A DNA stretch of 64,000 bases from the human T2T-CHM13v2.0 reference genome, Homo sapiens: assembly GCF_009914755.1 (NCBI RefSeq), contig NC_060929.1, one strand, 5' to 3'. This document shows positions 39,396-53,604 of the stretch, piece by piece; the stretch's first letter is position 1; each line of letters starts with the position of its first letter. The notes under the pieces are model-generated. The model searched no databases. It saw nothing but the letters and a program-made list of their open reading frames with translations, and had not been told where the DNA came from. Both the position numbers and the translations under genes were made by a program.

Positions 39396-39859
39396 TTTTA
39401 CAGGTTGAATTATGTCCCTCCAAAAATATATGTTGAAGTCCTAACCCGCAGTACCTCAGCATGTGTCTTTATTTAGAAATTGGGTCATTGCAAGCATAAT
39501 TAAGATGAGGTCATATTGGAGAAGGGTGGGCCCCTAATCCAATATCACTAGTGCCTTTATTGGAAGATAGCCGTGTAAAGAAAGAAAGGAAAACTGAAAG
39601 AATGGCATGTGGAGATGGAGGCAGAGACTGGAATGATGTCAACTGGTGTTCCTATGAGTCAAGCAACACCAAGGATTGCTAGCCATCACCAGAAGCCATG
39701 GAACATAGATTCTCCCTCTTAGAACCCTCAGGAAAAATTAACCCTGCTGACACCTTGATTTTGAATGTCCAGCATCCAGAATTGTGAAAGAATAAATTTC
39801 TGTTATTTTAAGCCACCTGGTTTGTGGTATTGTTATGGTAGCCCTAAGAAATGAATACA
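39396..39859 (+). mobile_element. Solo MLT1C-like LTR
   Basis: ggttgaattatgtccc..gaagtcctaacc...ccctgctgacaccttgatttt...aataaatttctgtt...aataca; flanks attgg/atggg. Confidence 0.88.
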
Positions 39860-40179
39860 ATGGGTAAATCTGTTTCTGCTTAACATTAACTACCAGCATA
39901 TTTCAATGCATATGAGAAGCATAATCAATGGATTTTCTTTACATTCAAGGAATATAAGTTGTTTCTAGAAACAAAGATTCTCAGTGGCTTGCTTTGAAAA
40001 TTCTTATTAGAAACTCTATATAAGACAGTTCTAACTTCATTTTCAGCTCATATAAGAAAAAGAAAAGATCTTCAAGAAACATATTCCCAAAACAATGATT
40101 CTATAAGTTCAGCATCATATAATGTTACTATTTAAAATTATCTTAAAGACTGTATTCTAGTTTAGCTTAACTGGATAGA

Positions 40180-41290
40180 ACTATTTAATGTGTACCCTCC
40201 CTCTACTGCTAGGCACTGTGATTGAGGCTTAGGATATAAGAATAAACAAGATAGATTCATTGATTTAGGATGCTTACAACCTAGTGGAGAACACAGTGCT
40301 ATGGCAGGGATAAGAATAGTAGGAGATGGGAGAATGGCCACAGCAGAGGGTTGAAGTGAAAATTTTTAGGGAAGATTTCCTCTAAAGAAAGTAACATCTA
40401 GGCTGAAACTCAAAAAAAAAAAAAAAAAAAATAGAGACAAGCAAGTGAATGGGGACGCATTGAAGGGAAGTGTATTCTAAGTGCAGGGGTCAACATGTGC
40501 AACTACTAAATGATAGTTTAGCTACTAGAGGTTACAGTGCATAGCCCACTACAGGAATGTCATTTCACAGTGGTGAGAACACAGAGTGTGCTGGAAGACA
40601 TAGTGAGTTAAGGCTGAAAATTAATTGCAACTTTGTAAACTGTGTTAAAGATTTTAGACTTTATCCTGAGGGTGGCAGAGGGAACAAACCTGAGAAAAGT
40701 AATCCAGGCAAAAAAGGTTGGTGCTGGAACTAGGAAGTAACAGCAAGGACAGAAAATACTGAGTAGATGAAAATAGGGTTGGAAAATAGAATTGGTTTGA
40801 TAATTGAATGGGAGAGTGTGGAAAAGGGAAGGATGAAGGTCAGCTTTTTGGCTAGGGCATCAGGATGAATACTGAAGCCATTTCCAGGAAAGATGTATAA
40901 AGTATGAGGGCTGGAGGATGAGGTCAGACATCCCTGAAAAACAATCGAACATCTGGCAGAGAAGGAGACTTAAAAGACATGAAGAAGAGAGTGCCGGAGA
41001 GAAAAGAGGAAACCCAGAAAGATATTGCACTTGAAAACTGGAGACACAATGTTCCAGGAAAAAGTGAATGGTCCACAGTATAGATTGTTTTCAAAAGGTC
41101 CATTAAATAAGAATTGAGCATGTTTATTGGATTTAGCAAGAAAATGTTGGCTAGTCACCCTAGCAAGAGCAGTTTTAATGGAGTAGTAGGAATAGAAATC
41201 AGATTGTTGTGGGCTGAATAGTGAAAAGGAGGGGAAACCAAGAAACAGAAGCTTCAGTTTTAGCAAAGAGGAAAAGCAGCTAGGTTCTGA
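40180..41290 (-). mobile_element. L2 fragment
   Basis: ctactgctaggcactgtg...ttttagactttatcctgaggg...attggatttagcaag...caagagcagttttaatggagt. Confidence 0.75.
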
Positions 41291-41474
41291 TTGCAAGAGG
41301 CTAAGTAAGTTTGTAGATTGCTGGTAGATCAAGTTTGGTGGCTCCCTTTACATGGGGGGAAACCAAGTTACAGAGAAATGATAGCAAATGTTTATCTCTA
41401 AAGAGGTATATCAGTTATCATGTTGCATTGAAATTTTAGTACTTCCTTTATACTTTTTTGCATTTCATGTTATT

Positions 41475-42146
41475 GTATTTTTATAAATTTAAGGAGTACA
41501 GGTGCCATTTTGTTACGTGGATATATTACATGGGGTAAAGTCTGGGCTTTTAGTGTAACCATCACCTGAATAATTCATATTGTAGCCATTAAGTAATTTC
41601 TCATCTCTCAGGCCCCTCCCACCCTTCCTCCCTTCGTGTCCAATGTGTATTATTCCACAGTCTATGTCCATGTATACACATTATTTAGCTCCCACTTATA
41701 AGTGAGAACACGTGGTATTTGACTTTCGGTGTCTGAGTTGTTTCACTTAATATAATGGCCTCCAGTTCCATGTACGTTGCTGCAAAAGATATGATTTTAT
41801 TCTTTTTTTATGACTGAATAGTATTCCATTGTTGATATCTGCCACATTTTAAATTCAATCATCCATTGATGGACACTCAAGTTGATTGCATATCTTTGCT
41901 ATTATGAATAGTGCTGCAATAAACATACAAGTACAGGTATCTTTTTGATATAATGGTTTCTTTTCCTTTAGGTAGATACCCAGTAGTGGGATTGCTAGAT
42001 AGAATGCTAGTTCTATTTTTAGTTCTTTGAGAAACCCCCCTACTGTTTTCCATAGAGGTTGTACTAGTTGACATTCCCACCAACAGTGTGTAAGCATTCC
42101 CTTTTCTCTGCATCCTTGCCAACATCTGTTAATTTTTTGTCTTTTA
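41475..42146 (-). mobile_element. L1PB (PB3/PB4-like) 3' fragment
   Basis: gtacaggtgccattttgttacgtggatatatt..gggcttttagtgtaaccatcacc; minus-strand ORF HCWWECQLVQPLWKTV. Confidence 0.88.
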
Positions 42147-42460
42147 AATATGTGCTTCCTTTATGTTGTAAAAATATTATTGTATGGACAAATGAGTCAG
42201 TCAAGGTTATGTATTAAGTATATTTTTTGAAGTATATACTTTCCTTTCAAAGAATTTGAATTCCAAGGAAGGAAAAAAGACAAAATGTTCCACACCCAAA
42301 AGTGACAGAAGCAGGTCTCCAAATTGTACAGGGAAGGTTATAAGATACTAAACAGTGCCTAAAATGAAATGAAGGCTATCAGGTTCTATAAATGTCTGGT
42401 GTGTGTTATCCGAAATCAAGTAGGAATAGTCTACAATTCAAACTAATAATAAAAACACAT

Positions 42461-42580
42461 GCCAGGTGCAGTGGCTCACGCCTATAATCCCAGCTGTTTG
42501 AGAGGCCTAAGTAGGAGGATCTCTTGAGCCCAGGAGTGTGAGAACTGCCTTGGCAACATAGATCTCATCTCTACAAAAAA

Positions 42581-42614
<34 letters not shown>

Positions 42615-42772
42615 TAGCTGAGCTTGGTGGTGTGTGCCTATGGTCCCACATACTTAGGAGGCTGAGATGGGAGGACTGCTTGAGCCCAGGAGGTCAAGGC
42701 TGCAGTGACCCTGGGTGACAGAGTAAGACCCTGTCTCAAAATAATAATAATAACAATAACAACAACAATAAT
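42461..42772 (+). mobile_element. AluJ with an A24(TA)n linker and (AAT/AAC)n tail
   Basis: cttgagcccaggag in both arms; internal deletions. Confidence 0.9.
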
Positions 42773-43197
42773 AAACCTGATATGGTGTTTCCTGCTTTCA
42801 AAGGCTTTTGGGGGCAATCTCCTAAAGTACCAGCAGGTGGGGATATTACAAAAGAGGACGGCAATCACAACAGTGACTTGTTGTCATCACCAACATACAG
42901 GAATGAGATGTTAACAGATCAGCAATGGTGGTACCTCCTAAGCATACCTCCAAGTACGCTCCAGGAAATATGACCTTCCTCACTATCCCTAAGAAAAGAG
43001 GTTTCCTTTTCTTTGAAATATGTGATACAGTGATTGAGTTGAGTGAAACAATTATTAGTGTGTTTTGGTTTCCCTCATCTCAAATTTTGGAAATGTGGTT
43101 ACATCATTTTTATAATTAATAATATATGTATAAATTAAGAGGATACAAATGCAATCAGTTACCCCCAAACACACTGTACTTCCAGAGATTAGTTTTA

Positions 43198-43523
<326 letters not shown>

Positions 43524-44356
43524 TTATTAAATATATATCTTATCAAATATATATATCTTATCAAATATATATATATATACACACACACACATATATATAT
43601 TTTTTAAGGTAAATTCTGGTGTTTCCAATCTGTGGGATTAGAATTGTTCATAGATGTATGGCATCTATAACAACAAACTTCTACAGGGATGTTTAGGAGG
43701 GATTTTTTGTTTAATTTTGTTTTGTTAGTTGTTTGTTGCCTTGCCTAATAGTTCCTATATAATTTCATGTTAAATATAATTGCACTTGGCTGTCTAAGAG
43801 TTTGACGGGCTGATTTATAAACATAATTTCATTGGTTTGTTGATTGGTTGGATGGGTGGGTGTTTAGGGGCTTATAGATTGATATTTTTCTGAAATCAGT
43901 TTCTGGGTTTACAAGTAATATTTTGAATGTGCCAATTTTGTGTAACATTTTGAGGGAAGGATTTCTGGAACTACCCTAATTTAATGATAAATAGGCCTAG
44001 TAAATTATTGCCTGAAATTATTTTGTGTATGAAAAGGCAACTACCAGCAAAAGCATTCTAAAGACAAAAAAAAAAACTAAGACTTTTTAGTGAATATAAA
44101 CATGTACACATACATTTTGTAAAATCAAATTTATTTTATGGATTAACTTTCTACTGTCCCCCTTTATTTTAAGGGCACAATAATCATCTCCTGTTTAATA
44201 CTTCTAAACCTGATTTTCTTAAGAATTGGCTCTTTCTCATCTTATAGACCTCAGGCCTTCTCATTAGGAGATTGCACAGAAAATGTAATCCTAGGAAAAG
44301 TAAAAAGACAGAGGATTTCATTCAACCATTGGGGTCTATTAAGAAATAAGTTTTTT

Positions 44357-44627
44357 TTTGGGAGGCCGAGGCAGGCGGATCTTGAGGTCAGGAGTTCAAG
44401 GCCAGCCTGGCCAACATAGTAAAACCCTGTCTCTACTGAAAATACAAAAAAAATTAGCCGGGCATGGTGGCAGGTGCCTGTAATCCCAGCTACTCAGGAG
44501 GCTGAGGCAGGAGAATTGCTTGAACCAGGAGGCGGAGGTTGCAGTGAGTGGAGATCGTGCTACTGCGCTCCAGCCTGGCTGACAGTGTAAAACTCTGTCT
44601 CAAATTTTAAAAAATAAAATAAAATAA
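44357..44627 (+). mobile_element. AluS (Sg-like), 5'-truncated
   Basis: TSD aaataagttttt at 44344-44355 and 44628-44639. Confidence 0.93.
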
Positions 44628-46057
44628 AAATAAGTTTTTAAACTAAATACTGTTTTTATAAGAAGAGCAATGCCAAGCGCTAAAAGGTACAGCAGTTGAA
44701 AACCTTGCTAACTTTGTCTCTTGACAGCCTTTCATAGCATGGCTTATCTGATATGGTGTCTAACATTAAAAGTTCTTTGACCATACACAGAGTATGGAAT
44801 GTCCATATTACAGGCAGTGGAGAAAAACATTGCTTGTGCACCCTGCAAACTTCTCTATCTGAAATGGGAGCACAGACTAATATCTGGGCCAGCCGTTGTT
44901 CAGCCTTGCTTGATCAAACATAGCAATTACGTGAAATTGGGGTAATGAGGCTGCTGCCAGCCAACCGGGGCATATTTTATTACATCTAGTTTTCAAAGAA
45001 GGTAGAATTAATATATCAAAGCAAATCAGTGTTTGAATATGGCTTTATTTTTTTTCTTATCTAAGAAGTTATTTTGGTCTTTTAGTCTCCTGTGATCTTT
45101 ATTCTGAGCTACTGTCTACATTGTAAGCCCTGTCTCAGAAATTGTACCCACACTTTGTACAGGAGATACTGTTTCCTACTTTGAAGCCTCTATGAAAACC
45201 GTTAAGACCTGAGTAATGATGTTAAGTTCATGCTGACTCTCAGTGTCAAAGACAGGTTTAAAACAAGTTATCTTAAAGCCTGTGATTTTACCATTTACAT
45301 TTCACTCTTTGGCATCTGTCAATGAATGTTTTCTTTCCAAACCAGAAGGGTAAAAAACGAAATTCCTTTTAAAAGATAAATTACCCCTTATATTCAATCT
45401 CACCAAAACTACAATGTTTGGCTTCTATTTGTCACCTGAAGAAGGCAGTTCCCTGGTATTTTCACCCTACGATTTAGCTGAAGCATTCGCACTTACGCAC
45501 CGTATAGATAAAGCAAGTTCCTACAGAATTCAGGCAAAAGATTATTTCTTTGCCTCAATTTCATCAGATGAGTGCTTTGGACTATGGATTTTGAGGATAT
45601 TACCACAAAATCATTTTCTAAACCACCTTATGTTCTGTTTAAATGTGCTTTAAATGTTATATTCCGTGGAAGTTTATAATCCCTTGAGGGGAGGTAACAA
45701 TCAGAGTAGTCTAATTCTACATCATTTGATCGAGGGATTAACTACTTGTATCTTAAATACTAGATAATTGAACGGAAAGGAAAACTTGCAACCATTTAGA
45801 AGTCAGCTGGTCGGGAAACCACCGATGGAGAAATTACAGAGTGTGGAGAGGTTTCCATGAGTAGAAACAGCTGCAGTGCCTTTTTAACATCAGAACTGAA
45901 TAATGCCCGGAAAAGTTTCATGTTATGCAATGTGAGGCATTATTTCTAACATTCTGAAATAGATCTTGTGGTTTGAATATTTGTGCAGGACCACATAGTA
46001 GTACAGTAAATGAATGGAGCATTAGAAAGGAAAACATAAATTATAATAGTAATTTCT

Positions 46058-46360
46058 GGCCGGGCGAGTTGGCTCACGCCTGTAATCCCAGCACTTTGGG
46101 AGGCCGAGGCGGGCGGATCACGAGGTCAGGAGATAGAGACCATCCTGGCTAACAAGGTGAAACCCCCGTCTCTACTAAAAATACAAAAAAAAATTAGCCG
46201 GGCGCAGTGGCGGGCGCCTGCAGTTCCAGCTACTTGGGAGGCTAAGGCCGAAGAATGGCGTGAACCCGGGAGGCGGAGCTTGCAGTGAGCCTAGACCGCG
46301 CCACTGCACCCCAGCCTGGGCGACAGAGCAAAACTCCGTCTAAAAAAAAAAAAAAGAAAG
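46058..46360 (+). mobile_element. AluY
   Basis: gagaccatcctggctaac, gaatggcgtgaacccgggaggcggagcttgcag; CpG-rich; aatttct on both flanks. Confidence 0.96.
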
Positions 46361-46458
46361 AAATTTCTAAAGCTTACATGTTACATGTTATTTGTCAGGG
46401 ACTATTGTGAGCGTTTTACATATACATGTTTTAGTTCATTTAATTCCCACAAACACTC

Positions 46459-46485
46459 TTTTTTTTTTTGTTTTTGTTTGGTTGT

Positions 46486-46518
<33 letters not shown>

Positions 46519-46804
46519 TTTGAGATGTAGTCTTGCTCTGTCGCCCAGGCTGGAGTGCAGTGACGTGACCTCGGCTCACTGCAACCTCCGCCTCCCGGCT
46601 TCAAGGGATTCTTCTACCTCAAGCCTCCGGAGTAGCTGGGACTATAGGCTCGAGCGCCACCACTCCCAGCTAATTTTTGTATTTTTAATAGAGACCAGGT
46701 TTCATCATATTGGCCAGGCTGGTTTCGAATTTCTGACCTTGTGATCCGCCCGCCTTGGCCTCCCAAAGTGCTGGGATTACAGGCGTGAGCCACCGTGCCC
46801 GGCC
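46459..46804 (-). mobile_element. AluS (Sg/Sc-like) with a long T-rich tail
   Basis: Full antisense Alu; degenerate TSD ccaca..actctt. Confidence 0.95.
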
Positions 46805-46832
46805 CCACATTACTCTTACAAAATAATTTTAT

Positions 46833-47130
46833 GCTCAGATGCAGTGGCTCACACCTGTAATCTCAGAACTTTGCGAGGCTGAGGTGGGCAGATCGCTTGA
46901 GCTCAAGAGTTTGAAACCAACCTGGGCAACATGGCAAAACCCCATCTCTACCAAAAAAACAAAAACTAGCCAGGCATGGTAGTATGACCTTGTAGTCCCA
47001 GCTACCAAGGAGCCTGAGGTGGGAAGATCACTGGAGCCCAGGAAGTTGAGTCTGCCATGAGCCATGATAGCACCAGTGCGCTCCAGCCTAGGCGACAGTG
47101 AGACCCTGTCTCAAAAATAATAACAATAAC
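46833..47130 (+). mobile_element. AluJ
   Basis: cgcttgagctcaagagttt; gaagatcactggagcccagg. Confidence 0.92.
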
Positions 47131-47159
47131 AATTTCTATTGTTACTTCAATTTCTTTCA

Positions 47160-48660
<1,501 letters not shown>

Positions 48661-48790
48661 CTGTGTTAATTTTATTTTTCTTTCAGAACTTTACAATCTA
48701 GTTTCATTTTCATCTGGCTTGCATTATTTCTGATGAGAAGTAGAGATTGTTCGTACTGTTGTTCTCCCCCGGGTATCTTTTTGTCTAACT

Positions 48791-50012
48791 ATTTATTTAT
48801 TTATTTATTTATTTATTTATTAGATTCAGAGAGTACATGTGCAGGTTTGTTACATGGATATATCGCATAATGCTGAGGTTTGGGCTTCTATTGAAACTCT
48901 CACCCAAATAGCGAACATAGTACCCAATAGGTGGTTTTTCAAGCTTTCCCTCCCTTCATCCATCCTCCTTTTGGTGTCCCTAGTATCTATTGCTTCCATC
49001 CTTATTTAAATATGTAGCCATTGTCTAGCTCTCACTTATAAGTGAGAATATGTGATATTTGAATTTCTGTTTCTGTGTTAATCCACTTAGGATAATGGCC
49101 TCCAGCTGCATCCATGTTGCTGCAGGAGACTTGATTTCATTCTTTTTTGTGGCTGCATTGTATTCCATGGTGTCTGTATGCCACGTTTTCTTTACCCAAT
49201 CTACCACAGATGGGCACCTGGGTTGACTCCATGTCTTTGCTATTGTGAATAGTGATGCAATATTGGAGTGCAGGTGGCTTTTTGATAGAACAATTTATTT
49301 TCCTTGGGGTAGATACCAAGTAATGGGATTGCTGGGCCAAATTGTAGTGGTATTTTTAGTCCTTTGAGGGATCTCCAAACTGCTTTGCACAGGGGCTGAA
49401 CTAATTGCCACCAACTGTGTATAAGCATTCCCTTCACAACTCATCCTCGTCAGTATCTGTTATTTCTTGACTTTTAAAAAATAGCCATATTATTAAAGCT
49501 ATTACATTGTAGACTGCTGTGAGACAGTATCTTATTGTGGTTTTACTTTGCATTTCTCTGATGATTACTGATGTTGAGCATTTTTTCATATGTTTGTTCA
49601 CTACTTGTATGTCTTCTTTTGAGAAGTGTTTGTTCATGTCCTTCGCCCACTTTTTAATGTGATTTTTTTTGTTTTTCTCTTCTTAATTTAAGTTTCTTAT
49701 GTATTCTAGCTATTAGTCTTTTGTCAGATGCATAGTTGAAAATATTTTCTCCCATTCTATAGGTTGTCTCTTTACTCTACTGATAGTTTATTTCACTGTG
49801 CAGAAGCTCTTTACTTTAATTAGGTCCCAATTGTCAATTTTCGTTTTTGTTACATTTGCTTTTGAGGTCCTAGTCAATTTGCCTAGGCCAATGTCCAGAA
49901 AAGTTTTTCCTAGGTTTTCTTCTAAGATTTTCACAGCTTGAGATTTTACATATAAGTCATTAATCCATCTTAATTTTTATATATGGTGAGAGGCAGGAGC
50001 CAATTTCATTCT
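48791..50012 (-). mobile_element. L1PA15/16-type 3' portion with an (ATTT)n tail
   Basis: gtacatgtgcaggtttgttacatgga..gctgaggtttgggcttct..aacatagtacccaatagg; minus-strand [14 protein letters not shown]. Confidence 0.88.
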
Positions 50013-50014
50013 CT

Positions 50015-53000
50015 TTTTTAAAAATTTGTGGGCATGCAATGAGTAATAATGAAATCAGTATATGTGGGGTATCCATCACCTCAAGCATTTATCCTTTGTG
50101 TTAAAAACAATCCAATTATAGTCTCCTGTTATTTTAAAATGTACAATTAAATTATTATTGACTCTAATCACTCTATTGTACTAGAAAATACTAGGTCTTA
50201 TCATTCTTTCTGTTTTTCGTACCCATTAACTATCCTCACCTTGTCCACATCCCCCTGCTACCATTCTCAGCCTCTGGAAACCATTCTTCTATTCCCTCTA
50301 GCATTTCTTGTAAAACAAGTCTGGTGTTGCAAAAATCCCTCAGCTTCTTTTTGTTGAGAAAGTCTTTATTTCTCCTTTATGTTTGAAGGACATTTTTGGC
50401 AGATGTTCTATTCTATGGTGTAAGCTTTCTTCTTTCAGCACTTTAAATATATCATGCCACATTCTCTTGACCTGTAACGTTTCCACTGAAAAGTCTGCTG
50501 CCAGATGTATTGGAGCTCTATTGTATATTAGTTGTTTGTTTTATCTTGCTGATTTTAAGATCCTTTATACTTGACCTTTGGGAGTTTATTAGATGACTTT
50601 GAAGCCTCTTCTTTGGTTTAAATCTGCTTGGTGTTCTATAAACTTCCTTTACTTGGACATTAATGTCTTTCTTTGGGTTTTAGAAGTTATCTATTATTAT
50701 TCCTTTGAATGAGCCTTCTACCCCTATCTCTTTACCTCCTCTTTAAAGCCAATAATTCTCAGAGTTGACCTTTTGAGGCTATTTTATGGATCCTGTAGGC
50801 ATCTTCATTCTTGTATACTACTTTTTTCCTTCTTCTCTGACTGTGTTTTCAAAAAGCCTGTCTTCAAGCTCACTACTTATTTCTTCTTCTTGATCAATTT
50901 TTCTATTATGAAATGCTCATGCATTCTTCAGTGATATGGTTTGGCTTTGTGTCCCCACTCAAATCTCATCTTAAATTGTAATCCCATAATCCCCATGTGT
51001 TGTGGGAGGGACCCAGTAGGAGGTAATTGAATCATGAGGGCAGATTCCTCCATGCTGTTCTCATGATATTGAGTGAGTTCTTATGAAATCTGATGGTTTT
51101 ATAAGGGGCTTTTCCCGGTCTTTGCTCAACTCCTCTCTCTCCTGCTGCCATGTGAAGAAGGATGTGTTTGCTTTCCCTTTCACCATGATTGTAAGTTTGC
51201 TGAGGCCTCCCAGCTATGTGAAACTGTGAGTCAATTAAACCTTTTTTCCTTTATAAATTCCTCAGTCTTGGGCAGTTCTTTATAGAAGCATGAGAATGGA
51301 CTATTACATTTAGCATGCCTGTTGAATTTTTCAAACTTGAGAATTTCTGCTTAATTCTTTTTAATTATTTCAATTTCTTTGTTAAATTTATCTGATAGGA
51401 TTCTGAATTCCTTCTCTCTGTTATCTTGAATTTCTTTGAGTTTCCTCAAAACAGCTATTTTGAATTTTCAGTCTGCCACGTATCTCTGTCTTTCCACAAC
51501 TGGCCCCTGGTGCTTTATTTTGTTCATTTGGTAAGGTCATGTTTTCCTGGATGATCTTGATGCTTGTGGATATTTGTTAGTGTCTGGACATTAAACCATT
51601 AGGTAATTATTGTAGTCTGCATGGTCCAGGTTTTTTGTACCCATCCTTCCTGTGAAGGCTCTCCAAATGTTTGAAAAGACTTGGGTGCTGTATGTGTTAA
51701 GGTGAGTCTCAAGACCAGTAGCACTGTGGTTCTTGCAGACACATAGAGGTACTGCCTTGATGGTCTTGAACAAGATCCAGAGAATTCTCTGTATTACAGG
51801 GCAAAGACTCTTGTTCTCTCCTTCCTCTTGTTCTCTCCTTCCTTTACTTCTCCCAAACAAATGAATTGTCTCTTGCTGTGTGCTGAGCTGCCTGAAGCTG
51901 GGGAAAGAGTGAAACATCCACTCATGTGGCCACCACCACTGGGATTGTGCTGGGTCAGACTTGAAGCCAGTACAACACTGGGTCTCACCCAAGGCTCACT
52001 ATATCCACTACCTGGCTACACCCTATATTCGCTCAAGGCCCTGGGTTCTAGAATCAGCAGGTGCAAAGCCATCCAGTCTTGTGTCCTTCCCTTCAGGGTG
52101 GCAAGTTTCGCCATGCCTGGGACAGGTTCAGAAATGCTGTCCAGGAGCCAGGACCTGGAATCAGAAACCTTAGAACTACCTGGTGCTCCATTCTACTGTG
52201 GCTAAGCTGGCACCAAAACCACAAGACAACATTCTTCCTACTCTTCCTTCCTATTTCTCCAGGCAGAGGAGTCTTTCCCCACATCCACCACCACCATAGG
52301 CCCATAAGGAGCACTGCCATGGTACCACCAATGTTCGCTTAAGGCCCACAGGTGCTTCAGTCAGCTTGGGGTAAATGCTGCCAGGCCTGAAACTCACCCT
52401 TAATGGCAGTAGGCTTTCCCTCTGGCCAAGGGTAGATCTAGAAATGCCAACCAAGAGTCAAAGCCTGACAATGAGGACCCCAAAAGTTCACCCAGTGTTC
52501 TTCCTCATTGTGGCCAAGCTGGTGCCTAAGCTACAAGAAAAAGTCCCCTTTATTCTTCCTTCTCTTTTTCTGAAGCAGAAGGAGTATCTCCTCATAGCCA
52601 CCACAGCTGTGAATACACTGGGTCACACTTGCAGCTAGCATGTCTGAGTCTCACCCAAGGCCCACAGCACATACCACCTTGTTACTGCTGCTGATTATTC
52701 AAGGTCCAAGAGCTCTTTCATAAGCAAGTGATGAATCCTGCCAGGACCGGGTACTTCCCTTCAAGGCAACAGGTTCCCTTCTGGCCCAGGGTATGTCTAG
52801 AAATGTCATCCAGGAGCTAGGTCCTAGGGCCTAGCTAGAATGGGGGGCCTCATGACTCTGCCTTGTGTCCTATCTTACTGTAGCTAAGCTGGCATCCAAG
52901 ATGCAAGACAAAGTCCTCTTTATTCCCCTTTCTCGTCAAGAAGAAGGAACGGTTCTCTTTTGGAGCTGTGAGCTGTGATCCCTGGGGTTTGGTGAAAGAT

Positions 53001-53600
53001 GACATAAGTGAGTCCCTTAGCCACCCTGTCTGCTGTCTTACTAGATCTTGTGCCCCCGCCAAGTCCAATGACTCTTAGTCCAGCACAGCACTAGGACTTG
53101 CCTAGGAGTTGCAGTCCTTGTAGCATAGACTGCCTTTCAAGTTTACCTAGGACCCCAGAGCACTTTAACCCATGATGGTGGGGCTTGCTGAAACTCAAGT
53201 TGCAACCACTGGAATGAGCAATTCCTCTTTGGCTAGGGCTGGTCTAAATACTCCCTCTGTAGTCACCAGCTGATTTCTGCCTGGTGTTGGCAGCACTTAG
53301 TTCCAATGTAGAGTCCCACAGTCACTGCACTCTCCCTCTCCCAAGCTCACAGTCTCTCTCCATGCAATGTAGCCAGTGCCAGGGGATGCGGGAAGAGTGG
53401 TGTTGGCAGTCCAAGGCTATAATTCCTACCCTCTTCAGTGCCTCTTTCAGTGATATGAAGTTAAAAACCAGGTATTGTGATTACTCATCCAATTTTTGGT
53501 TCTCATGAGTGTGCTTTTTTGTGCAGATAGTTGTTAAATTTGTTTTCCTGTGGGGAGGATGATCAGTGGAGGCTTCTGTTCAGCCATCTTGCTCCACCTT
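50015..53600 (-). mobile_element. L1MA2/3-type element with 5'UTR, ORF1 and terminal 3'UTR but no ORF2
   Basis: 5' end (rc ggtggagcaagatggctgaacagaa) homologous to 9471 onward; ORF1-like DNA ~50300-51600; 3'UTR 50015-50295 (cctcaagcatttatccttt) homologous to ~17580-17800. Confidence 0.82.
50932..51308 (+). mobile_element. Solo THE1C/D LTR inserted in the L1MA ORF1
   Basis: tgatatggtttggct...ctattaca; flanks ttcag/tttag. Confidence 0.93.
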
Positions 53601-53604
53601 CTCT

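Noticed and set aside
51808-51842. Short tandem duplications (17 bp here; also ~225-250, ~10233-10250, ~19660-19700, ~54166-54191, ~43529-43570)
   Set aside because: Two- or three-copy slippage products with no shared unit or spacing.
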